DNA from: Bacilli bacterium
GTDB taxonomy: Bacteria > Bacillota > Bacilli > Tumebacillales > JAQBPP01
NCBI GenBank assembly: GCA_028287455.1
Contig: JAQBPP010000020.1
Coordinates: forward strand, 1 to 27,984
DNA: 27,984 nucleotides
Reading direction: 5' to 3'
The position numbers were made by a program, and so were the translations under genes. The notes beneath the pieces were generated by a model. The model saw nothing but the letters and a program-made list of their open reading frames with translations, ran no database searches and was not told the origin of the DNA. Of this stretch, positions 1 to 8,061 are shown in pieces. The stretch's first letter is position 1, and each line of letters starts with the position of its first letter.

Positions 1-128
1 CGATTGCTTTGGATGGCGGCGGATCCACGACCATGATTTATCAAAATCAACTGCTCCTTAAGCCAGCAACCGATACGGATGTGGGTATGCGGTATCTGCC
101 TAATGCGTTTATCGTTGTTCCTCACTAA
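1..128 (+). CDS. C-terminal end (5'-partial) of a phosphodiester glycosidase family (NAGPA/DUF2233-like) protein
   Basis: Frame from nt 3 reads IALDGGGSTTMIYQNQLLLKPATDTDVGMRYLPNAFIVVPH*; the LDGGGS(S/T) motif followed by 'R.(V/L)PNA(F/L)' is typical of this family's C-terminus; TAA at 126-128. Not in ORF track. Confidence 0.8.
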   Translation, partial: IALDGGGSTTMIYQNQLLLKPATDTDVGMRYLPNAFIVVPH

Positions 129-131
129 CAT

Positions 132-169
132 AAAAATAGCGGGAAGCCATGAGCTCCCCGCTACTTTTT
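132..169. terminator. Bidirectional intrinsic terminator
   Basis: AAAAATAGCGGG...CCCGCTACTTTTT inverted repeat with A/T tails on both sides, between two convergent ORFs. Confidence 0.8.
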
Positions 170-208
170 ATTATTTAGTTACCAGGCACGCGAACAGCAC
201 GGGATTTT

Positions 209-337
209 CTAGTAAACAGCCGGTACTCCCGCTGCAGCCCCTCCATACCCATATCCGGGAACTAACAGGAAGAACAGCACAAAGATGATTAAGAAGACAA
301 CAGCCCATTGAGTATATCCGCCAAATACTCCGTACAT
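209..337 (-). CDS. Unannotated 42-aa single-pass membrane peptide (Gly/Tyr-rich; reminiscent of YjcZ/SscA-type small sporulation proteins)
   Basis: MYGVFGGYTQWAVVFLIIFVLFFLLVPGYGYGGAAAGVPAVY*; strong RBS GAGGTGA 5 nt before ATG; one hydrophobic helix; terminator downstream. Family resemblance is by composition only. Confidence 0.75.
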   Translation of the reverse strand: MYGVFGGYTQWAVVFLIIFVLFFLLVPGYGYGGAAAGVPAVY

Positions 338-437
338 GGAAATCACCTCGAGCGATAAGATTGACTTACGCTCTTACTTTATGTGCGAATGACATGATTC
401 GGCAGGGATAAATACCCGGTTTCCTGATAAATGGGCG

Positions 438-1481
438 CTACCCCAGTCGTTTTCCCCCAGCTGGCTTGGTTAAACGATTCATGATGGCTAGCCCGATGCC
501 TTCAGTGGGATACGTTTCCGCGTAGATCCGCTGCGCGCCTAGCTTGTCAAATTCGCGCAGTGCGGGATAAAGGCCTTGTGCAATAGTGTCCAATTGATCA
601 CGTCTACCACAGGCAAGGATCACATCCGCTTCGTACAACCCGGCGGTTTCAGCGGTTGCCAGTACGCCCACTTTGAATCCTTTGGCTTGATCTTGCCGGA
701 CCAGCTGCTTAATCGTCTCTACTTCTGCCTGCCCGTGCCCAACTAGATAAAGTTCTCCGTTTGGTGCATAATGCGCATATTTCATACCAGGCGCTTTGGG
801 GCCATCCTGATTGGAAACTCCGCCGCCTGCCATGATGTTCACCCCAAGCACGGCGCTGATCTGTTCCGCCGTAACCGCCCCCGGCCTTAATAAAGCGGGA
901 GGAGATACAGTTAAATCGAGCACACTAGACTCCACCCCAACTTTACAAAACCCTCCATCAATCACCCCAGCAATTCTTCCCTGTAAATCCTCCAGCACAT
1001 GGCCTGCTGATGTAGGACTCGGCTTGCCGGAACGGTTTGCACTTGGCGCTGCAAGCGGCACGCCGCACATTTTTATTAATTCAATTGCAATCGGATGCGC
1101 AGGAAAACGCACAGCCACCGTTTGCAATCCTCCTGTTGTTTCCAAAGGGACTCCAGGTTGTTTTGGCAGAATCAAGGTTAACGGGCCTGGCCAAAATTCG
1201 TCGATTAACTTCACGGCTTCATCCGGTACTTCACTTGCGACCAAACTTAACTGCTCTCTGCTGCAGATGTGGATAATTAACGGGTTATCCCCAGGGCGGC
1301 CCTTCGCTTGGAAGATTTTATTCACAGCCTGTGCATCCAGCGCATTCGCTCCCAATCCATAGACGGTTTCCGTTGGAAACGCGACCGTTTCGCCGCTGCG
1401 TATGAGCTCAGATGCCTGCTGCAAGCCAGTTTCCGTTGATGGTATCACCCTGGTGGACCCGCTGGATAGGTGTTTGTTCAT
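438..1481 (-). CDS. sua5: L-threonylcarbamoyladenylate synthase (Sua5/YwlC type: YrdC plus SUA5 domain), 347 aa
   Basis: Motifs VAFPTETVYGLGA, K(G)RPGDNPLI(I)H, FWPGPLT, APSANRSGKPSPT, APGMKYAHYAP. Start moved to ATG 1481 (MNKHL..) after a GGGGGG RBS; the track start at 1568 runs into the DnaA-box region. Confidence 0.96.
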   Translation of the reverse strand: MNKHLSSGSTRVIPSTETGLQQASELIRSGETVAFPTETVYGLGANALDAQAVNKIFQAKGRPGDNPLIIHICSREQLSLVASEVPDEAVKLIDEFWPGPLTLILPKQPGVPLETTGGLQTVAVRFPAHPIAIELIKMCGVPLAAPSANRSGKPSPTSAGHVLEDLQGRIAGVIDGGFCKVGVESSVLDLTVSPPALLRPGAVTAEQISAVLGVNIMAGGGVSNQDGPKAPGMKYAHYAPNGELYLVGHGQAEVETIKQLVRQDQAKGFKVGVLATAETAGLYEADVILACGRRDQLDTIAQGLYPALREFDKLGAQRIYAETYPTEGIGLAIMNRLTKPAGGKRLG

Positions 1482-1518
1482 CTGTTGCAACCCCCCATGA
1501 GTGGAACATTCGTTTCCC

Positions 1519-1644
1519 TTTTCCACACAACCCACAACCACCTGTGTATAACTTTTGCAGCTATCCACAGTTCATTTGGAAAAGCGGGAAATCTGTTGAT
1601 AACTTATGTAAACTGTGTATAAACTTTGGACAATCTGTGATTAA
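1519..1644. promoter_or_regulatory. DnaA-box cluster upstream of sua5/ywlC
   Basis: Versus TTATNCACA: perfect at 1543-1551 and 1614-1622 (TGTGTATAA); 1 mismatch at 1519-1527 (TTTTCCACA), 1561-1569 (CTATCCACA), 1594-1602 (TGTTGATAA), 1636-1644 (TGTGATTAA); 2 mismatches at 1575-1583, 1604-1612, 1625-1633. Confidence 0.85.
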
Positions 1645-2339
1645 ATGCGATGCAAGAACGTTAAGATTTGGTCTAACAGTGCAAAGTGTAAGGCAAATGT
1701 TACTTTGCCTGCAGCGGTGTCCACAGTGGCATGTCCAATTGTTTTGCCGCTGGAGTTAGTGGTAGTAGCTGTTTTATGTTCCGCCATATCTCTGGGAGAG
1801 GCATCTCCATGCGCCAAATCCACAAAACACAGCGGTGGAAACAGCACGCACCACCAATTTTGGCCCGCTCCTGCACCGATTACAATACGAAGCGCCTCAT
1901 AGTTGCCGGCTGGGTATACTTGATCTCCGTAAACTTTGGTTGGAAATGGCACCTGCCCTAAGTCGGTATGCACAGGGTAAGCACTTCCTTTGCTAGTGAG
2001 AACGTCAGCCGCAATATGATTAAACTCTTCCAGATTGGACTGTAACACTTGTCTCGCCGCATCAGGCGACGCTTGACCCTGCAGCTTTTGTCCAACCGCC
2101 TGGATAATTTGATCGCGAACTTCAACTTTCAACTGCTGATCGACAGGTGAATCGCTGTTGGCAATAATGCGTAAACGAATTGCATCTGCAGGGATCACCC
2201 CATCTGCAGCCGCAGCTGCAGATACAGCAATGGGAGCATTTTCCTTATTGTTCTCACTCCACATCTGAAAAATGGCTGCAAGCCCTAACAAGCAGGCTGT
2301 AACAACCAGGATCGCCCGTGCGTTTAGTATCCGTTTCAT
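1641..2339 (-). CDS. spoIIR: Stage II sporulation protein R
   Basis: AIRLRIIANSDSPVDQQLK..VRD, FPTKVYG..YPAGNYEALR..IG.G.GQNWWCVLFPPLCF motifs; N-terminal signal/TM segment. Start at ATG 2339 (or GTG 2342) after GGAGG. Confidence 0.96.
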   Translation of the reverse strand: MKRILNARAILVVTACLLGLAAIFQMWSENNKENAPIAVSAAAAADGVIPADAIRLRIIANSDSPVDQQLKVEVRDQIIQAVGQKLQGQASPDAARQVLQSNLEEFNHIAADVLTSKGSAYPVHTDLGQVPFPTKVYGDQVYPAGNYEALRIVIGAGAGQNWWCVLFPPLCFVDLAHGDASPRDMAEHKTATTTNSSGKTIGHATVDTAAGKVTFALHFALLDQILTFLHRI

Positions 2340-2382
2340 CACCTTGCTACCTCCCGACCACTCTATCAATTCCCTCTCATAG

Positions 2383-2411
2383 AGTTTGGTCAGAAGTTGC
2401 TAGATTTAAAC
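2383..2411 (-). promoter_or_regulatory. Sigma-F-type promoter of spoIIR
   Basis: Minus strand GTTTA-15 bp-GACCAAACT, matching the B. subtilis sigma-F consensus (GYWTA-15-GGnnAnAnT); spoIIR is a known sigma-F target. Confidence 0.75.
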
Positions 2412-2430
2412 GCTTCTATAAGTTAAAAAA

Positions 2431-3360
2431 TTATTTTGCATACCCGAGCACAACACGATCAATGCCAGCCAAATCAGGTTCAACAGCTACATTTGTAAAC
2501 AGACCGCTTTGCGCAAGCAAGTCTGCCACCTGATTTGCCTGATGGATACCTACTTCAAATGCCACCAACCGCGGCTGGTCTGAACGCATCACCGCAGGCA
2601 ATACTTCCACCAGCGTGCGATACATATCGAGTCCTTCCACTCCTCCATCGAGCGCAAGGTGCGGCTCAAAATCCGTCACTTCCGACTGCAGGCCGGCAAT
2701 GTCCCCGGTCGGAATATAGGGTGGATTCGAGACCACCAGCTGAACTGGCCCGATCTGTGCTTGCCTGATGGGCTGGAGCAGATCACCTTGCCAAAAGTGC
2801 ACCGATGCCTGCAACCTGCGCGCATTGAGCCTGGCCACTTCCAGGGCCTGCGGGGATAAATCGACTGCATGCATTTCCACATCCGGCCGCTCCAGAGCCA
2901 AAGTAATTGCAATGGCCCCTGAACCAGTGCCGATATCTACCGCTCTGATTTCGCTTCCTGCTTCTGATGTAGGCCAGATCTCGCGCATACACTTTAAACA
3001 CGATTCGATCAGAATTTCAGTCTCTGGCCGGGGAATGAGAACCCCTTTATCGACGTGGAAAAGTCGGCCATAGAACTCTTGACCACCCAGGATATACTGC
3101 AGCGGTTCCCGCTGAGCCCGGCGCAGGGCGAAACTTTCGAACTCCGCAATCTGCGGCCCTGAGGCGCTGAGCTGCGCCCACCTGGTGTGCAATTCAGCAA
3201 ACAATTTGGCTCTGTCCCACTGCAAGGCAAACATGAGCAGCACTTCTGCCTGCGCGCGCGCATCTGCCACTCCATGCGCATCTAAAAAAAGAGAAGCCTG
3301 CAGGATGGCTTCTCTCACTGTAGTACAAGGGTCCAAGTGGAATCGACTAACTTTATTCAT
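2431..3360 (-). CDS. prmC: Release factor glutamine methyltransferase PrmC/HemK
   Basis: [31 protein letters not shown] motifs; overlaps prfA stop by 8 nt. Confidence 0.97.
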   Translation of the reverse strand: MNKVSRFHLDPCTTVREAILQASLFLDAHGVADARAQAEVLLMFALQWDRAKLFAELHTRWAQLSASGPQIAEFESFALRRAQREPLQYILGGQEFYGRLFHVDKGVLIPRPETEILIESCLKCMREIWPTSEAGSEIRAVDIGTGSGAIAITLALERPDVEMHAVDLSPQALEVARLNARRLQASVHFWQGDLLQPIRQAQIGPVQLVVSNPPYIPTGDIAGLQSEVTDFEPHLALDGGVEGLDMYRTLVEVLPAVMRSDQPRLVAFEVGIHQANQVADLLAQSGLFTNVAVEPDLAGIDRVVLGYAK

Positions 3361-4429
3361 CGTCTCCCCCTGCTGACAGTTGCTCCGAACGTGTCGCTGT
3401 AATCAACGAGTTGATCACGTCATCCAGATCGCCGTCGAGAACCATATCCAGTTTATGCAGCGTCAAACCAATTCTATGGTCAGTGATGCGGGACTGTGGA
3501 TAATTGTAAGTGCGGATTCGCTCGGAACGGTCGCCAGTACCCACCTGGCTTTTGCGGTCTTCTGCCACCTCAGCGTGCTGCTCTTCCCGGGCTTTAGCAA
3601 AGAGTCTTGCCCGCAGCACCTTCATTGCCTTATCCTTGTTTTTCAGCTGTGATTTCTCGTCCTGACACTGCACCATTAGACCTGTCGGAATGTGCACAAT
3701 CCGTATCGCGGATTTCGTTGTATTCACTGACTGACCTCCTGCACCTGAAGAACAGAACGTATCGATGCGCAGATCCTTGTCATCAATATGAACTTCCACA
3801 TCTTCTACCTCCGGCAAAACTGCCACTGTCGCCATGGAGGTGTGAATCCGGCCGCCCGATTCAGTAGTCGGGACACGCTGCACCCGGTGGCCACCCGATT
3901 CAAATTTCAACTTGGAATAGGCCCCTTTGCCCATCACGTTAAACGTGATTTCCTTAAATCCGCCAAGGTCCGTTTCCGTAGCGTCAATCATTTCAGTTTT
4001 CCAGCCTTGACGCTCCGCAAAACGCGAGTACATCCGGTAAAGAACACCTGCAAACAAAGCGGCTTCTTCTCCCCCGACTGCTCCGCGAACTTCAACAATC
4101 ACGTTTTTCTCGTCGTTGGGATCTTTGGGCAGCAGCAGAACAGTTAACTTCGATTGCAGGTCCTGTGCTTTGTCAGAGAGCTCATCGATTTCCAGTTTCA
4201 CCAGTTCTCTCATGTCATCATCCAGTTTTTCCTGGATCATTTGTTTGGCATCCTCTAAGCCGTTCACCACTTGTCTATATTCTCGGAACACTTGAACTGT
4301 TTCTTCCAGGTCGGATTGTTCTTTGGCATAGGTTCTCAGCTTCTGCGGATCATTTATGATATCCGGGTCACAAAGATACTCGGTTAACTTCAAATAACGG
4401 TCTTCAATTGCTTGCAGCCGGTCTATCAT
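3353..4429 (-). CDS. prfA: Peptide chain release factor 1
   Basis: GGQ motif (SGAGGQSVN), QRVPTTE (RF1 PxT), [15 protein letters not shown]. Start set at ATG 4429 (MIDRL) for RBS spacing. Confidence 0.98.
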   Translation of the reverse strand: MIDRLQAIEDRYLKLTEYLCDPDIINDPQKLRTYAKEQSDLEETVQVFREYRQVVNGLEDAKQMIQEKLDDDMRELVKLEIDELSDKAQDLQSKLTVLLLPKDPNDEKNVIVEVRGAVGGEEAALFAGVLYRMYSRFAERQGWKTEMIDATETDLGGFKEITFNVMGKGAYSKLKFESGGHRVQRVPTTESGGRIHTSMATVAVLPEVEDVEVHIDDKDLRIDTFCSSGAGGQSVNTTKSAIRIVHIPTGLMVQCQDEKSQLKNKDKAMKVLRARLFAKAREEQHAEVAEDRKSQVGTGDRSERIRTYNYPQSRITDHRIGLTLHKLDMVLDGDLDDVINSLITATRSEQLSAGGDDE

Positions 4430-4468
4430 ATACATCCCCCTCTATTAAACCCATCTATTCAAAACGGC

Positions 4469-5320
4469 TTACAGAACCGCTTTCACCGAAGCGATTGCCA
4501 CTTCGATTTGGTGGTCATCCGGCTCATTCGTGGTCAAGCGCTGCATCCAAAACCCTGGTGCAACCAGAATCGACAGCAGCCGGTTGGAATGAGAGCCTGA
4601 ATAACGGATAAATTCATAGGAAAATCCTGCAATCACAGGCATTAGCACAATCCGAGTCACGATTTTACCGATCATCGACAAACTTCCGCCTGAAAAAAAT
4701 GAAAATACAATAATCGAAATTAAAACCACAAACATGAGGAAACTGGTGCCGCAGCGTTTATGCAGCAGCGATTGCGGCCGAACGTTGTCTACCGTTAATT
4801 CCAGCCCCGCTTCATGACAATTAATCGTTTTATGCTCTGCGCCATGATATTGAAAAACGCGGTGAATGTCGTTCATCCTGCGAATCAAAACCAGATAACC
4901 AATAAAAAAAGCTAACCGTAATACACCTTCTACACATGCAAAAGCAAGTGAACTATTAGTCGTCCACTTGGCCAGATAAACAGGGCCGAGCACAAACACG
5001 AGGATCGCAAACAGAAACGACATCAAGAGAGATGAGGCGATCGCCCCTTTGGACATTTGTTCATCTTGTTCGCCACCTGATAGATTCGCACTGGTGGTAA
5101 GCGCCTGAATTCCAATAATTGTAGAATCTATTAAAACGTATGCCCCGCGGATCAAAGGCCATTTCAGGAAACGATATTTGTCCGACAGCGGCACTCGATG
5201 TTCACTCTTCACGGTTATGTCATTGGCTGGCGTGCGCACCGCAATCGCGAACCGATTCCCGCCGCGCATCATCACACCTTCTACTACCGCTTGCCCTCCC
5301 AACACTGACTGTGCACCCAA
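4469..5320 (-). CDS. DUF1385 family membrane protein (YqhQ-like, putative metalloprotease)
   Basis: GGQAVVEGVMMR, RVFQYHGAEHKTINC(H)E, RCGTSF, QRLTT.EPDD.QIEVAI motifs; TTG start. Confidence 0.9.
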   Translation of the reverse strand: MGAQSVLGGQAVVEGVMMRGGNRFAIAVRTPANDITVKSEHRVPLSDKYRFLKWPLIRGAYVLIDSTIIGIQALTTSANLSGGEQDEQMSKGAIASSLLMSFLFAILVFVLGPVYLAKWTTNSSLAFACVEGVLRLAFFIGYLVLIRRMNDIHRVFQYHGAEHKTINCHEAGLELTVDNVRPQSLLHKRCGTSFLMFVVLISIIVFSFFSGGSLSMIGKIVTRIVLMPVIAGFSYEFIRYSGSHSNRLLSILVAPGFWMQRLTTNEPDDHQIEVAIASVKAVL

Positions 5321-5361
5321 TCGTTGATCACCCTTTAATGACAGAATTCCTGCTTCCCACT

Positions 5362-5370
5362 ATTATATCA
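5362..5370 (-). promoter_or_regulatory. Extended -10 sigma-A promoter for DUF1385-prfA-prmC
   Basis: TGATATAAT on minus strand; no clear -35. Confidence 0.55.
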
Positions 5371-5372
5371 CA

Positions 5373-5399
5373 AGAAAAAAGAGGCTCAGCCCTCCTTTT
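5373..5399 (-). terminator. Probable intrinsic terminator after tdk
   Basis: AAAAGGAGG-GCTGAG-CCTCTTTTTT on minus strand; short stem. Confidence 0.55.
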
Positions 5400-5425
5400 G
5401 AAAGGAAAAGTGGAATTTAACCTGC

Positions 5426-5998
5426 CTATGCGACAATATGGCAATGTCTGCAGCGAGCTTCATAGCTCTCAGCTGCTCCCACTAGAATCAACGGTTCGTT
5501 TACAGACGCTGGCTTTCCTTCAATGAGCCGTTGTGTGCGGCTAGCCGGATTTCCGCACTTCACACAAATCGCCTGCAGTTTGTCTACATACTCAGCAGTC
5601 GCCATCAAAGACGGCGTAGGCCCAAAAGGCATGCCGCGAAAGTCCTGATCAAGCCCTGCGACAATGACCCGTTTGCCTTGACCTGCCCATACTTGTGCCA
5701 AACCGACCAAGTCTTGATCAAAAAATTGGACTTCATCTATTGCAATAACTTCTGTGTCTTCTTTTAACTCATCGAGCAGATGGGCAATCCCTGTGACAGC
5801 GATCGCCTCCACCTGTTCACCGCTGTGAGACGCCACTGCGGACAAATTGTAGCGATTGTCGATTGCTGGCTTAAATACTTGTATTTTCAGCTTGGCAATT
5901 TGCGCGCGTTTCACCCTACGGATCAATTCTTCACTTTTGCCGCTGAACATGCAGCCGCAAATCACTTCCAGCCAACCTGCCTGTTTCATCCAAAACAC
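5426..5998 (-). CDS. tdk: Thymidine kinase
   Basis: [11 protein letters not shown]-loop, [19 protein letters not shown], Zn motifs CVKC/CRHC; GTG start. Confidence 0.97.
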   Translation of the reverse strand: MFWMKQAGWLEVICGCMFSGKSEELIRRVKRAQIAKLKIQVFKPAIDNRYNLSAVASHSGEQVEAIAVTGIAHLLDELKEDTEVIAIDEVQFFDQDLVGLAQVWAGQGKRVIVAGLDQDFRGMPFGPTPSLMATAEYVDKLQAICVKCGNPASRTQRLIEGKPASVNEPLILVGAAESYEARCRHCHIVA

Positions 5999-6023
5999 AA
6001 TTGTTCGCTCCAGTTGTTATCGT

Positions 6024-6058
6024 AAAAGGAGCCAGACGAGTGATCGCCAGGCCCCTTT
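6024..6058 (-). terminator. Intrinsic terminator after rpmE
   Basis: AAAGGGGCCTGGCGA-TCAC-TCGTCTGGCTCCTTTT, ~15-bp stem with one mismatch plus U tail. Confidence 0.8.
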
Positions 6059-6070
6059 GTGACAGTCAGA

Positions 6071-6268
6071 TTAAAGTTTGTACTTCTTCTTGAACCGATC
6101 TACACGGCCACCAACATCGATAAACTTCTGCTGGCCAGTGAAGAACGGATGGCATTTCGAGCAAACTTCCACCTTGAGATTCGGGCGTACCGAACCTGTC
6201 TCAAACTGATTTCCACAAGCACAAGTTACTGTTGTAAGTGCGTACTTCGGGTGAATGGCTTCTTTCAT
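6071..6268 (-). CDS. rpmE: 50S ribosomal protein L31, Zn-binding type, 65 aa
   Basis: [33 protein letters not shown]; true start ATG 6268 after AAGGTGA (track start is too far upstream). Confidence 0.98.
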   Translation of the reverse strand: MKEAIHPKYALTTVTCACGNQFETGSVRPNLKVEVCSKCHPFFTGQQKFIDVGGRVDRFKKKYKL

Positions 6269-6286
6269 TACTTTCACCTTCTTTCT

Positions 6287-6308
6287 GACCATAGATGTCG
6301 CCATGGTC
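6287..6308 (-). promoter_or_regulatory. 5'-UTR hairpin of rpmE (candidate ribosomal leader)
   Basis: GACCAUGG-CGACAU-CUAUGGUC 8-bp stem between the promoter and the RBS. Confidence 0.4.
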
Positions 6309-6328
6309 TGTGATACTCGGACCCAAGA

Positions 6329-6357
6329 ATTATAGCATCTAATGGTTGGTTTTGCAA
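6329..6357 (-). promoter_or_regulatory. Sigma-A promoter of rpmE
   Basis: TTGCAA-17 bp-TATAAT with extended TG. Confidence 0.8.
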
Positions 6358-6537
6358 TCCACAATGGCTTCCAAAAAAACAACAAATAGTTAGCATATTA
6401 ACGATATTTGAAGCAAGAGCCAGCCATTCGATGTACAAGGATAAAAATGGCCATCCATTTAGTTTGTGTATTTACTATCAGTCACTTAATATAAAGGTGC
6501 AAGCTACTAAAACCCAATTCGAAAGGAGAAAAACGAA

Positions 6538-6651
6538 ATGGCTGCTGCAACTGTAACAAAAGGAAAGATTGAAATCGGATTTGAGGATTTCCCTGATTTT
6601 GGACCGGCCCGCCGATCTGTCGATGACGAGCCAACACTGACTGTCCAATAA
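6538..6651 (+). CDS. Unannotated 37-aa peptide of unknown function
   Basis: MAAATVTKGKIEIGFEDFPDFGPARRSVDDEPTLTVQ*; RBS AAAGGAG at 6522-6528, 9 nt before ATG; followed by an 11-bp perfect hairpin. Not in ORF track. Confidence 0.65.
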   Translation: MAAATVTKGKIEIGFEDFPDFGPARRSVDDEPTLTVQ

Positions 6652-6663
6652 TCAAACTTCCAA

Positions 6664-6691
6664 CAGGAGACACTTGGCAGAGTGTCTCCTG
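6664..6691. terminator. Perfect hairpin between convergent peptide and radical SAM genes
   Basis: CAGGAGACACT-TGGCAG-AGTGTCTCCTG; U-tails are weak on both strands. Confidence 0.6.
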
Positions 6692-6733
6692 CCTCATTTT
6701 ACAGCGGATAGGCACATTCGTCGAGTCCCCGTG

Positions 6734-7999
6734 TCAACCTAAAACACGCGAGCTTATATCTTCAGGGGTATGCGAGTAAGATCCGATCTGCGTACCTGGG
6801 CATTCCGATTGAAGAATCTCCATCATCGTTTTCATTCCCACGACATCCCCCTTCTGTGCCGGAACTTGGCTCAGATAGAGTTCAGGGTCAATATTCAAGT
6901 TCCTCAGTTGAATCAGACGCACACCATTATCATTAATGAAATCAACCATTGCTTCGATTTCCTCTTCACGATCTGTCACACCCGGGAAGATCAGATAATT
7001 AATCGACGTGATTACCCCATGGTCGGAAGCGAATTTCGTCGACTCCGCAACATCTTCCACAGTATAAGCTCTTGGTCTGTAATACGCATTGTAATGCTCA
7101 GGAATTGCAGATACGATCGAAACCCTCATCAAATCCAGGCCTGCCCGTACAATCTCTCGAATCATTGGAGTAAGACCGGCATTTGTATTGATATTGATAT
7201 AACCGGACTCTATCACTGCTCGGGTACGGCGGATCGCCTCAGCAATATCCAGGCCGCGCGTGGAAGGCTCACCTTCACACCCCTGTCCAAAGGAGATAAT
7301 CGCGTCAGGTCCACCCGTCTGCAAATGATGAATCATCACTTCAGTCATTTCTTCGACTGTCGGCCTGAAATTCATTCTGACCTGTGGAGATGGAAAAGGA
7401 GAATCTTCCGGCTGCTCGGAGATACAGCCAACACACCCTGCGTTGCACGTCGACGACACAGGCAAAGCGCCTTCCCATCGCCCGAGAAACGTATTTTTAG
7501 AAGTAAGACAGCCATATTCCAGTGAACAAGTGGACAGATGCTGATAAATACGATTGGAGGGATATCTGGAAATTAAGCGTTCCACAGGCTGCTGCATTGC
7601 TGGATACAAGTCGGGATTAAAACGGTTTACATCCGCCTCAGTAGATGCAGCAGCAATATAAAATTTGCCCTTGTCCCAAACTACTGCGGTATACCCCATC
7701 AAAGGCAGTGGCCCGTTGCCGGCAGATTTTATATAGCCAGGCAGCAATAAACGGGTATATCCCTGCGGAGCGAGTGCCCCTACCGCTGTGTACTTATCAG
7801 ACAGTGTCACTTTGCCGCCTGTTTCTTTATCCAATCCAACCGCCTGAGTACCCGGCAGACTTACAAGCGCCGCTCCGTCAGGCAATGGGATCAATTCCTC
7901 TGACAAAATTTCAGTCAAAAACATTCCGCTTCGACCGAGCGGCAGCAAATCGCTATCATCAAATATGCGCCCTGCCCGGTCTGCGTAGACTAGATGCAT
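6734..7999 (-). CDS. Radical SAM protein of unknown function, ~421 aa
   Basis: CNAGCVGC (CX3CX2C) motif, FGQGCEGEP, NINTNAG, RVSIVSA; long N-terminal extension. Start at ATG 7999 (MHLVYAD); TTG 8005 is an alternative. Confidence 0.9.
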   Translation of the reverse strand: MHLVYADRAGRIFDDSDLLPLGRSGMFLTEILSEELIPLPDGAALVSLPGTQAVGLDKETGGKVTLSDKYTAVGALAPQGYTRLLLPGYIKSAGNGPLPLMGYTAVVWDKGKFYIAAASTEADVNRFNPDLYPAMQQPVERLISRYPSNRIYQHLSTCSLEYGCLTSKNTFLGRWEGALPVSSTCNAGCVGCISEQPEDSPFPSPQVRMNFRPTVEEMTEVMIHHLQTGGPDAIISFGQGCEGEPSTRGLDIAEAIRRTRAVIESGYININTNAGLTPMIREIVRAGLDLMRVSIVSAIPEHYNAYYRPRAYTVEDVAESTKFASDHGVITSINYLIFPGVTDREEEIEAMVDFINDNGVRLIQLRNLNIDPELYLSQVPAQKGDVVGMKTMMEILQSECPGTQIGSYSHTPEDISSRVLG

Positions 8000-8061
8000 A
8001 AACAATCACTCTTTCTAAACTTCTGCAGCAGACGACGGGAGCAAGTGTAATTTCTCGTCCG

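Noticed and set aside
79-288. 69-aa + strand ORF in the track
   Set aside because: Overlaps the real + strand 3' end in another frame, crosses a terminator and lies antisense to the RBS-supported 42-aa ORF.
1519-1644. Possible replication origin
   Set aside because: No dnaA/dnaN nearby and no clear unwinding element; fits the known origin-distal ywlC-type cluster.
6568-6600. IEIGFE resemblance to PqqA (LRLGFEVTLY)
   Set aside because: PqqA needs Glu-X3-Tyr; the peptide has no Tyr and no pqq genes are present.
6482-6715. 77-aa minus-strand ORF in the rpmE-radical SAM gap
   Set aside because: No RBS; spans the strong hairpin and is antisense to the better supported 37-aa ORF.
6770-7525. 251-aa + strand ORF
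   Set aside because: Antisense shadow of the radical SAM gene with no RBS or recognisable motif; the same applies to the other short antisense or alternate-frame ORFs in the track (e.g. 811-1362, 20204-20860, 21993-22541).
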